64,000 nt of DNA from positions 1 to 64,000 of IMG/VR virus record IMGVR_UViG_3300014204_000169. One strand, written 5' to 3'. The DNA is from a virus. Taxonomy: Duplodnaviria; Caudoviricetes. Made by a program: the position numbers and the translations under genes. Under the pieces are notes generated by a model. It was not told where the DNA came from and searched no databases. It saw nothing but the letters and a program-made list of their open reading frames with translations. This document shows, one piece after another, positions 1 through 8,172 of the stretch. How positions within the stretch are numbered: position 1 is the first letter of the stretch; every line of letters begins with the position of its first letter.

Positions 1-1
1 A

Positions 2-181
2 ATTTATAGAACTAATGAGGACACAGTTATAGTTATCTCTTTAGGACCAACTGCAACATTACTTGCTGAACGGCTATCTAAATTTAGACAAACTTTGGAT
101 CTTGGGCATCTTGGGATGTTTTATGCTCATGTGCATCCTAAAACTCCTGGGTACATAAAGGAAAATCATGAAATTCATTGA
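2..181 (+). CDS. C-terminal fragment of GT-D fold (DUF1792-like) glycosyltransferase, runs off window start
   Basis: Frame 2 reads IYRTNEDTVIVISLGPTATLLAERLSKFRQTLDLGHLGMFYAH...TGA(179-181). LGPTAT..LA...D(L/I)GH is the conserved GT-D C-terminal signature. Not in ORF track. Confidence 0.7.
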   Translation: MYRTNEDTVIVISLGPTATLLAERLSKFRQTLDLGHLGMFYAHVHPKTPGYIKENHEIH

Positions 182-770
182 AGGGTACTATTGGCCTGAT
201 GATGTAGCGGAGAAATGGAAATGCTCCTTAACAAGAGTAAAAAGTCTTGGTGTAGCTGTTGGTTTTTGTAAAAGAAATAAAAGACTTAATACTGTGGTTC
301 AAGCTGGTGGTAGTATTGGTGTTTGGCCTAATTTACTTAGTAAGTATTTTAAAACAGTTTATACATTTGAACCGGAACCAATCTCATTTGAATGCTTGGA
401 TAAAAATGTGCATGGGATGAATGTTATTAAATCTAATTCGGCTTTAGGTGAAATTAATAAAGTAATATCCATGAACAGGATAAGTCTTACTGCACATAAA
501 GTAAGTTCTCTACCTGGCAATATACCAATGATTACAATTGACAGTTTACGTTTATTAAATTGTGATGCTATCTTATTAGATGTAGAAGGGTATGAATGGA
601 ATGTCCTTCAAGGTGCAGTTATAACTATTAATAAATATAAACCCTTAATTTTAGTAGAGGCTTTAAAAGAAAAACTTAATCCTGTGCATTTATATTTAAC
701 TAAATTAGAATATGAAAGAACTATGCACATAGAATTGGATGATATTTATGAATACCGAAAAAAGAATTAG
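168..770 (+). CDS. FkbM-family SAM methyltransferase
   Basis: VVQAGGSIGVW SAM motif, YTFEP, IDSL..L..CDAILLDVEGYEWNVLQGA..TI..KP.I.VE pattern. Confidence 0.85.
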   Translation: MKFIEGYYWPDDVAEKWKCSLTRVKSLGVAVGFCKRNKRLNTVVQAGGSIGVWPNLLSKYFKTVYTFEPEPISFECLDKNVHGMNVIKSNSALGEINKVISMNRISLTAHKVSSLPGNIPMITIDSLRLLNCDAILLDVEGYEWNVLQGAVITINKYKPLILVEALKEKLNPVHLYLTKLEYERTMHIELDDIYEYRKKN

Positions 771-1314
771 TAAGAGCTACCTGAAAATGAATAAACAACT
801 CCATGCTGCTCCAAGAGGATTTGGGGCTAGTGGATATCGCTGGGTAGATAGAATTAATATACTTATTAAAGATTATGATATTAAAACATGGCTGGATTAT
901 GGTTGTGGAAGAGAAACACTTTATCATAGTTATACTCATTTAGTAAGTTATACTCCTGTTTTATATGAAGGGTTTGACCCAGCAATTAAAGAAAGATCAA
1001 CAGAACCTACTCCAGCAGAACTTGTTACTGCAACAGATGTATTAGAGCATATTGAACCTGAATATCTTGATGCTGTATTAAATCATTTAGTTCAATTAAC
1101 AAAACATGTTTTGTTTTTGAATATAGCGATGCATCCAGCAAATAAAATATTGCCAAATGGAAAGAATGCACATTTACTTCAGAAGCCGGCCGATTGGTGG
1201 CTAACAAAATTAAATGGCTATTTTCCTAATTGGCAAACTTTTGCTATACCAGCACCAAAAGGGAGGGAATTAAAAGATTTTATTATTTACTTTGTAAAAG
1301 GTGATTATGAATAA
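739..1314 (+). CDS. Class I SAM-dependent methyltransferase
   Basis: WLDYGCG motif I, D.VTATDVLEHIEPE.L..VL, NAHL...P..WW. Confidence 0.8.
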   Translation: MIFMNTEKRISKSYLKMNKQLHAAPRGFGASGYRWVDRINILIKDYDIKTWLDYGCGRETLYHSYTHLVSYTPVLYEGFDPAIKERSTEPTPAELVTATDVLEHIEPEYLDAVLNHLVQLTKHVLFLNIAMHPANKILPNGKNAHLLQKPADWWLTKLNGYFPNWQTFAIPAPKGRELKDFIIYFVKGDYE

Positions 1315-2038
1315 CCCATTAATTACTTTTGTTTACTCTTATTATGATAATCCAGAAATGTTTTACCAACAACTATGTGTATGGAAATCATATCCTGAAA
1401 AAGTATTAAATCAGATTGAGTTTATTATTACTGATGATTGCAGTAGTAAAAAACCCATGTGCAAATCTGAGTTTCCTGAACTTAATATTAGGCAATTTCG
1501 GATTACTAAAAAAGTTCCTTGGAATTGGCTTGCTTGTAGGAATATTGGAGCTAAATATGCTTCTGGAAAATGGCTTTTACTAACTGATATGGATCATGTT
1601 GTTCAAACTGAACATGCTGCACAATTAGTAAAAGCTCTTACTAAAAATAAGAAAATAAAAACAGATATTGTTTATTTATTTAGAAGAATTGATGCCCCAG
1701 ATAATACACCATATAAATACCATGATGATTCTTTTTTTATGAGTAAAGAACTATATTGGAAAATTGGAGGATATGATGAAGAACTTTCTGGGAACTATGG
1801 TACTTCTGGAGGATATAGACGAAGGGCTTTTTCTATAGCTAATGGCAACCACAGATTAAAAATACCTCTTACTAGATATGATAGATCTGTAATTGCTGAT
1901 GCTAGTACAACAGAGTTTGCAAGAAAATTAGCACACAATGAACATAAGCATACTGTGTCTGATATTTTAAAAAGGAAGAAGGAAGAAGGAAGAGAAAAAG
2001 AGATACGAGTTTTGTCTTTTCCATATGAGGAAATATAA
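1301..2038 (+). CDS. GT-A fold (GT2/GT7-like) glycosyltransferase
   Basis: IITDDCS, CRNIGAKYA, LLLTDMD (DxD), KIGGYDE..SGNYG. Confidence 0.8.
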   Translation: MIMNNPLITFVYSYYDNPEMFYQQLCVWKSYPEKVLNQIEFIITDDCSSKKPMCKSEFPELNIRQFRITKKVPWNWLACRNIGAKYASGKWLLLTDMDHVVQTEHAAQLVKALTKNKKIKTDIVYLFRRIDAPDNTPYKYHDDSFFMSKELYWKIGGYDEELSGNYGTSGGYRRRAFSIANGNHRLKIPLTRYDRSVIADASTTEFARKLAHNEHKHTVSDILKRKKEEGREKEIRVLSFPYEEI

Positions 2039-2040
2039 TC

Positions 2041-2619
2041 ATGGGTATTAAAGTAAAGTATTTGGCTTTCTTTTGTGAAGCGTTAGAAGCGGCAGAAATA
2101 TTTCCAAGATATTCTGATGATCAGCTAATAATGAGTTATGCAGAATATAAAATGGCTGAACTTGGGAATCAACATATGAAACATCACTCAGACCCAGGTT
2201 TAGTAAAGTATGATCCTAATATGTGTAAAACAGGAAAAGAGTATTTTACTAAATTAGGATTTGACCATACTTCATTTGATATTAATGGACAAGATGGAGC
2301 AATACCAATTGATTTGGGATTACCAATTCCAGGAGAATTTAAGAATAAATTTGATATTGTTACTAATTTTGGTACTACAGAGCATGTGATAAGACAGCAA
2401 CAAGTGTTTAAGAATATACATAAGATGCTAAAGGTTGGTGGAATTGTAATTCATATTGTCCCTCTTGCGTATGGGCCATTAAAAGATCATGGTGTTCATC
2501 AGTATGACTTTAGTTTTTTTACAGCACTTTGCAGATTATATACTTATGAAATTCTCCTTCCTGCTGAAGAACGTAAAACAGTTCCAGGTTGTATAACTTC
2601 TTGTTTGAGGAAATTATGA
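2041..2619 (+). CDS. Class I SAM-dependent methyltransferase
   Basis: ELGNQ, SFDING..GA..IDL, FDIVTNFGTTEHV...QVFKNIH.MLKVGG. Confidence 0.75.
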   Translation: MGIKVKYLAFFCEALEAAEIFPRYSDDQLIMSYAEYKMAELGNQHMKHHSDPGLVKYDPNMCKTGKEYFTKLGFDHTSFDINGQDGAIPIDLGLPIPGEFKNKFDIVTNFGTTEHVIRQQQVFKNIHKMLKVGGIVIHIVPLAYGPLKDHGVHQYDFSFFTALCRLYTYEILLPAEERKTVPGCITSCLRKL

Positions 2620-3236
2620 TTTATCATCGTCCAGTTGCAAACTATGAGGCTTATGTTTATAAACAAGGTACAAAAGCTAGAAATAGGCCTGATTATGTAA
2701 AAGCTAGTAATAGTAAAAGATTTAGGGGTTTTGTACAGCATTTTAATGTTGTTAAGTCATATTTACATATGGGAAAAATACTTTGTCTTGGTGCTAGAAC
2801 AGGTTGTGAAGTTAGAGCAGCAAGAGCATTAGGATTTGAAGACTCCATAGGTGTTGATTTATTTCCTATTGGTGATTTAGTAATTCAAGGGGATTGGCAT
2901 AATTTACCTTTTACAGATAATAGTTTTGAGAATGTGTTTTCTAATTCCCTGGATCATTGTTTGGATTTAGATAAATTAGTTTTAGAAGTAAAAAGAGTAT
3001 TAATTACTAATGGTATTTTTGTTTATGAATCTGATACTTGTTATGCTTTAGATTCAAGAACAGTTCCATTATCTATGGAAGAAATATTAAACCCTGTATC
3101 TAATAGAAATCCATTAAATGCTATGTGGTGGGATTCACTAAAAGACATTGCCGATGCTTTTGTTATTCAAGGATTTGAAATTATTCATAAATATACGTAT
3201 GGGAAATATAGTGGGTATATTTTGAGGAAATTGTAA
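2589..3236 (+). CDS. Methyltransferase type 11-like
   Basis: LCLGARTG.EV, GVDL, GDWHNLPF.DNSFE.VFSNSLDH, EVKRVL...G. Confidence 0.8.
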   Translation: MYNFLFEEIMIYHRPVANYEAYVYKQGTKARNRPDYVKASNSKRFRGFVQHFNVVKSYLHMGKILCLGARTGCEVRAARALGFEDSIGVDLFPIGDLVIQGDWHNLPFTDNSFENVFSNSLDHCLDLDKLVLEVKRVLITNGIFVYESDTCYALDSRTVPLSMEEILNPVSNRNPLNAMWWDSLKDIADAFVIQGFEIIHKYTYGKYSGYILRKL

Positions 3237-4633
3237 TGGAGCCAGTATCTATTGTTTGTTGGAAATGGAAACCTTTACCGAAAACACTTTCAACAAAAAC
3301 AAGGACACAGTTTACTTATGTAGATGTAAATATTTTATATCAAATGTTAGTAAAACATTTGCATATACCATTTCAATTAATCTGTGTGACTGATGATCCT
3401 AAAGGTATTCGAGAAGAAGTTAAAGTAATCCCCTTGTGGGATGAATTTAGAAATAAGGGTGGATGTTTTGTCAGACTTAAATCATTTAGTAAAAATATCG
3501 CTTCTTTATTTGGCCCAAGATTTGTTTCTATTGATTTAGATTGTGTTATTGTTGACGATGTCACATCCTTATTCTCTAGGGCAGAAGATTTTATTATTTG
3601 GGGTGATCATGGTGGTGCTACCCAGTATTGTGGAGCATTGTGGATGATGAATTCTGGATGCCGTTCTCAAGTATACAGTTCATTTAACCCAGATAATTAT
3701 CAAATCACTTTTGGCAAATATAAAGGTGGTACGGATCAATTACACATATCAAATGTATTAAATAATGAATTGGTGTGGACAAAAGCAGATGGTATTTATG
3801 CATATAGAAATATGACGAATCCAAAATTACCCGAGAATGCAAAAATAATATTTTTTAATGGCACTAATCACCCAAGAGATTTTGCAATGCAACAATATTA
3901 TCCTTGGTTGAAAACGCATTATACTTGTTTTAGAGAAGAGGCTCAATTAATGAATCCGGTAAATGTTGTTTGTTTTTATTGGCTTGGAACTAAAGATTCC
4001 GGTTGGGAAGACCTCTCTCTTGCTGAGAGATATATTAATAATTTATATTTTAGTGTAAAAAAGAATACAACAATACCTTTTAAGTTTACTTGTTTTGTAC
4101 AAGATGGTTTAGTAATACCCAATTTAGACCCAAATATTAATGTTCATTATTTTACTGCTCCTGTATGGAAAGGCCGACTACCAAAATTATTTGCTTTTTC
4201 TAAAGAAGCTCAACTTGAGGGGCGTGTTGTTATATTAGATTTAGATTTATTAATTACAGGAAATATGGATAATATATTTTCCTATACAGGAAGATTCATG
4301 ACTAGGTCTGAACCTAGGGAAAATAATATATCTGGGGGAGACATAGTGTTTTTTGAAGCTAACACATTCCCATTTTGGGAAAATTTTAAAAAAGATACAG
4401 TAAATATTATAAATCAAACTAAAGGTAATGAGAGATACTTCTATAGACAAGCATTCAGAACTAAAATGGATTTTTTACAAATGGTATACCCCAATACTTT
4501 TTTGTCGTATAAAAGCCATATTCGTCGTAATATAGCAATTACTGATAAGACAAGGCTTGTCAGTTGTCATGGACATCCTAAGCCGCATGAACTTGTTGAC
4601 ACTGTTCCTTGGATTAAGGAGTACTGGAGATGA
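3236..4633 (+). CDS. Tandem two-domain GT-A glycosyltransferase
   Basis: Two homologous halves: VSIVCWKW..YVNILY.M...F.LICVTD..IDLDCVI..F.G..HP and VNVVCFYW..YINNLY..F.FTCF..LDLDLLI..CHGHPKP. Each half has a DxD. Confidence 0.75.
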   Translation: MEPVSIVCWKWKPLPKTLSTKTRTQFTYVDVNILYQMLVKHLHIPFQLICVTDDPKGIREEVKVIPLWDEFRNKGGCFVRLKSFSKNIASLFGPRFVSIDLDCVIVDDVTSLFSRAEDFIIWGDHGGATQYCGALWMMNSGCRSQVYSSFNPDNYQITFGKYKGGTDQLHISNVLNNELVWTKADGIYAYRNMTNPKLPENAKIIFFNGTNHPRDFAMQQYYPWLKTHYTCFREEAQLMNPVNVVCFYWLGTKDSGWEDLSLAERYINNLYFSVKKNTTIPFKFTCFVQDGLVIPNLDPNINVHYFTAPVWKGRLPKLFAFSKEAQLEGRVVILDLDLLITGNMDNIFSYTGRFMTRSEPRENNISGGDIVFFEANTFPFWENFKKDTVNIINQTKGNERYFYRQAFRTKMDFLQMVYPNTFLSYKSHIRRNIAITDKTRLVSCHGHPKPHELVDTVPWIKEYWR

Positions 4634-5241
4634 ATCAACCTATATTTTGTGTTTCTGTGGGGCGTAGCGGGACAAGCATGATCCTCCAGTTATTTAATAA
4701 GTGTGGTGCTTTTATTGGTACAGTTGGTAAAAATAGTAAGTATTGTGAGAATTTGGCTATCTTTTATAAGATTATACTTCCTTATGAAAAGAATAATATT
4801 AGAAAAATCCATTGGAGAGAATCCGTATTTACTCAGTTAAGATCAGATGGGTATACAGGTGGCCCATGGGGAATTAAGGGTGCTCACTTAATTACATTAT
4901 GGCCTATATGGGCAAAAGCTTTTCCTGAAGCTAAATGGGTTATAGTAAGAAGACGTACTGGTGATGTTATTAATAGTTATATGAAGACAAATTATATGTC
5001 TATAAATCATGAAGCTTGTCTTGAATTGATTCATCAGTATGAAAACAGTTTTATTGAATTAATAAATTATGGAGTAGATTATAAAGTAGTATGGCCTGAA
5101 AGAATGGCATATCATGATTATGATTCAATTAAAGAAGTTGTTGCTTGGTTAGGGCTGCAATGGAGTGATATAGCCTTTAAATTTATTGATCCTAAATTTG
5201 ATAAAACTAGAATTAAAGAGAATATTAGGAGAATGATATGA
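4630..5241 (+). CDS. Sulfotransferase family protein
   Basis: 5'-PSB loop VSVGRSGTSM, WGIKG, 3'-PB-like IVRRRTGDVINSY. Confidence 0.7.
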   Translation: MNQPIFCVSVGRSGTSMILQLFNKCGAFIGTVGKNSKYCENLAIFYKIILPYEKNNIRKIHWRESVFTQLRSDGYTGGPWGIKGAHLITLWPIWAKAFPEAKWVIVRRRTGDVINSYMKTNYMSINHEACLELIHQYENSFIELINYGVDYKVVWPERMAYHDYDSIKEVVAWLGLQWSDIAFKFIDPKFDKTRIKENIRRMI

Positions 5242-5636
5242 GTAGAGTAACAGCAGATGAAGTAAAGCTAATAATTGAAACATCTTTAAGTGATACTGTA
5301 ATAGATACATTTATTACTGCTGCCAATGGGTTAATAACATCTATGCTTGGCACAAGTACTGTATTAACTAGTACACAGTTAGCATCAATTGAGTTATTTC
5401 TTTCTGCTCATTTTTTAGCTTGTACAATGGAGAGACAATTAAAGTCTGAGACTGCTGGACAAGGTAAAGATGAATATGGTGGAACGTATGGTATGGGTTT
5501 AGATTTTACTTCTTATGGTCAGCAAGTTAAGGTGCTTGACGTAAGTGGTATTTTAGCACAACGTATTGGAAAACAAGCAGCAAGTATATATGCAATCCCT
5601 GTTGAAGACTCTGATGAAGAGGCTGCTTATGAGTGA
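5238..5636 (+). CDS. Head-tail adaptor (DUF4054-like)
   Basis: 132 aa, IELFLSAHFLA and T.YGQQ motifs; first gene of the neck block. Confidence 0.65.
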   Translation: MSRVTADEVKLIIETSLSDTVIDTFITAANGLITSMLGTSTVLTSTQLASIELFLSAHFLACTMERQLKSETAGQGKDEYGGTYGMGLDFTSYGQQVKVLDVSGILAQRIGKQAASIYAIPVEDSDEEAAYE

Positions 5637-6009
5637 TAATTTTATAAGAAGGTTTCCTTATAAATGTGTATATTGGGGGAATCCTGTTAATAATGGATAT
5701 GGAGGATATACTTTTGATGAGCCTATAGAAATTAATTGTAGATGGGAAGCTACAGGAATAGTAAATTTTCAACATAATGGTGTTGAAGTACAAGCAAAGC
5801 ATGAGGTGTATGTAGATCGAGATGTTGATGAAGAAGGTTATTTGTGGTTTGGTTTATTAGAAGATGTTGATTCTGGATTAATAGCTACACCAATAGATAT
5901 TGAAGATGCTGAAATGATTGTGCGATTTGATAAAATTCCAAATTTACGTGGGACTAAATACACTCGTAAAGCATTTTTAGGAAAAGAAAATACAGGACAA
6001 GCAAGATAA
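5629..6009 (+). CDS. Head closure / head-tail connector protein
   Basis: Start moved to ATG 5629 (MSDNF), overlapping the upstream stop. D.YG..TF..P.EI.CRWE pattern; synteny. Confidence 0.55.
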   Translation: MSDNFIRRFPYKCVYWGNPVNNGYGGYTFDEPIEINCRWEATGIVNFQHNGVEVQAKHEVYVDRDVDEEGYLWFGLLEDVDSGLIATPIDIEDAEMIVRFDKIPNLRGTKYTRKAFLGKENTGQAR

Positions 6010-6533
6010 TGTCTAATTATAGATATAAGAAGTTATTAGGGTTTGATCAGATAATGAGAAACTTTGATAATGAAATATACAAATTAAAAGGTCGAACTTT
6101 AAAAGGATTAATAAAAGCACAATCAGTTATCCATGAAAGTATGGATTCTGTGTCCCCAATGATTCCTGTTGAACATGGTAATATGCGAAAGAGTTGGTTT
6201 TGTGTAACAAGTAATGGTGCTGTTATTACAAAAGCATCTCCTAGCTTTACTAATGAAAATAAAGATGAAGCTCAATTAACATATGATCATAATAAAGCAT
6301 TAGTACAAGCTTTAGCAGAAGCTATTGAACGTGGTAAAGTATATGGCCCTCATATTGTATTTGGTTTTTCTGCTCACTATGCCCGTATAGTGCATGAGAT
6401 GTATAGTAATCAAGGAACTAAAGTAAAATGGACAAGGCAAGGTTCTGGCCCACAATTTTTTGTTGCTTCCATTAACCGTAATAAACGTAAAGTATTGAGA
6501 ATAGTTGCACAAGATGCTAGTATAAAATCATGA
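6009..6533 (+). CDS. HK97 gp10-like neck/tail completion protein
   Basis: IPVEHGNMRKSW, GFSAHYARIVHE, G.GPQFF; synteny. Confidence 0.6.
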   Translation: MSNYRYKKLLGFDQIMRNFDNEIYKLKGRTLKGLIKAQSVIHESMDSVSPMIPVEHGNMRKSWFCVTSNGAVITKASPSFTNENKDEAQLTYDHNKALVQALAEAIERGKVYGPHIVFGFSAHYARIVHEMYSNQGTKVKWTRQGSGPQFFVASINRNKRKVLRIVAQDASIKS

Positions 6534-6931
6534 ATATAACAAGTGTAGATATAAAAGATATGTTAGAAAGTGAAAGTTCTCTAGGACTTAATTTTGGAGT
6601 AGATTTATTTATTGGCAGAGAGCCTTCTACACCAAATAATTGTGTTACTGTTTTTGATAGTGTTGGTGATATATCTGACTTAACATTAGATGGGGTCGTT
6701 GTTTTAGATTATCCAGGCATTAAAATTCAAGTACGCAATACATCATATTTAGCAGCAGGAAATTTATGTAAGCAGATAAAGGGTTTTTTGAATGGTAAAA
6801 ATAATGAAATATGGACTAATACAACTTATTTAGTTATTAAGTGTGTTGGTGGACCAGCTCTATTAGATTATGATTCAAACAATAGAGCTAGGTGGTTTGT
6901 TAATTTTTTTATTATGTGTAAGGAGATCTAA
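6530..6931 (+). CDS. Tail terminator protein
   Basis: LFIGREP..P, YPGIKIQVRN.SY, D.NNR..W..NF; immediately precedes tail tube. Confidence 0.6.
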   Translation: MNITSVDIKDMLESESSLGLNFGVDLFIGREPSTPNNCVTVFDSVGDISDLTLDGVVVLDYPGIKIQVRNTSYLAAGNLCKQIKGFLNGKNNEIWTNTTYLVIKCVGGPALLDYDSNNRARWFVNFFIMCKEI

Positions 6932-6933
6932 TT

Positions 6934-7368
6934 ATGGGATCACCCATTTCTGGTGTAGGTACACAATTTGAACGATACAACACCACGTTAAATGCGTGGG
7001 AAGAGATTGGACACATCAAAAGCATTACTGGACCTAATAAATCCAGAAGTACAATTGATACCACTTCTTTGAACACCACTGGTGGATATCGAACATTTAT
7101 CACTGGTTTACGTGATGCTGGCCAAGTAACTCTTAGTATGTTTTATACTAGGGATACTTATGATTTGTTTAATACTGATTTTGAATCTGATGTAGAGAAA
7201 GATTATCAGATTATTTTGCCTGATTCTGAAAATACAGCTATCCCTTTTAATGGACTTGTTATTGAGATGCCTTTAACGATTCCTGAAGAGGCTGTTACGT
7301 TTGATGTAACGATTAAAGTTTCTGGACAAGCGGATGCTGATTCTGGAAGTGCTCCGAGCCCTGTGTAA
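6934..7368 (+). CDS. Major tail tube protein (siphovirus)
   Basis: IG.IKSITGP..SR.TIDTTSL..GGYRTFI.GLRDAG.V..S; F.G.V..M; TIKVSG. Confidence 0.8.
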   Translation: MGSPISGVGTQFERYNTTLNAWEEIGHIKSITGPNKSRSTIDTTSLNTTGGYRTFITGLRDAGQVTLSMFYTRDTYDLFNTDFESDVEKDYQIILPDSENTAIPFNGLVIEMPLTIPEEAVTFDVTIKVSGQADADSGSAPSPV

Positions 7369-7396
7369 TTTATTAAAACCTAATCATGGTTAATTT

Positions 7397-7879
7397 ATGG
7401 AGAATAATCAAATGAGTTTACTAGATAGAGCAGCACTATTAGCAAAAGAGAATCTTAAAATTGAAAAAGTTGAATTTCCTGATGGTTCTTATGTTTGTGT
7501 TAGGATGATGACGGGAAGAGAACGGGATAGGTTTGAAAAGTCTTTGATGGAAGAAAAAGTAGATAAAGACGGCATTATCACATATAAGCAAACGATGGAA
7601 GATTTTCGAGCAAAACTCGCTGTAAATGTACTTTGTGATGATAATGGTGTTAATTTACTAAAGTTTGATGATTATCGAATGCTTAGCACTAATATGTCTG
7701 CTGCCCGTTTAATTAAAATTGTAGATGCTGCTCAAAAATTAAATGCTATTGATGAAAAAACAAAAGAGAATTTGGTAAAAAACTCCGAAGCCGCCCAGAT
7801 AGAAGAAGAATTTTCAGGATTTGGCGCGGCCTCAACGGTTGTGGCTACAGTCATCCCGATAGATGGCTCGAAAGTTTAA
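7397..7879 (+). CDS. Tail assembly chaperone (G)
   Basis: Between tail tube and TMP; V.VRMMTG.ERD.FE motif; in-frame slippery A-AAA-AAC at 7777-7783. Confidence 0.8.
   Translation: MENNQMSLLDRAALLAKENLKIEKVEFPDGSYVCVRMMTGRERDRFEKSLMEEKVDKDGIITYKQTMEDFRAKLAVNVLCDDNGVNLLKFDDYRMLSTNMSAARLIKIVDAAQKLNAIDEKTKENLVKNSEAAQIEEEFSGFGAASTVVATVIPIDGSKV
7777..7783 (+). promoter_or_regulatory. Programmed -1 frameshift site A AAA AAC (G/GT)
   Basis: XXXYYYZ heptamer in frame (GTA AAA AAC). The -1 frame stays open from 7783 to 8172. Confidence 0.8.
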
Positions 7880-8172
7880 CTGGCATTGAATTAGCTGAGA
7901 TTGAAGCTTATGACAAATTGGAACCGTTTGGAAACATTGAAACCACATACATGTTGGCCCAACTATCTTCAATTGTTATTAATTCATTTCGAGCTATGGC
8001 TGGGAGTAAAGATTCAAAAAGCCTTGACGTGGGGGATTTTATACCTAAATGGGGAGAAACTTATACAAAGAAAGAACGGGAGCAAACAGTAGAAGAACAG
8101 AAGGCAATTATGATGGCAATACTAAAGCCTTCTATAGATAAACCAAAGACTAAACGAAGGGTAGTGAAATAA
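7783..8172 (+). CDS. Tail assembly chaperone GT, C-terminal -1 frame segment
   Basis: -1 frame reads LRSRPDRRRIFRIW...HPDRWLESLTGIELAEIEAYDKLEPFG and continues into the track ORF 7918..8172. Confidence 0.8.
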   Translation, partial: LRSRPDRRRIFRIWRGLNGCGYSHPDRWLESLTGIELAEIEAYDKLEPFGNIETTYMLAQLSSIVINSFRAMAGSKDSKSLDVGDFIPKWGETYTKKEREQTVEEQKAIMMAILKPSIDKPKTKRRVVK

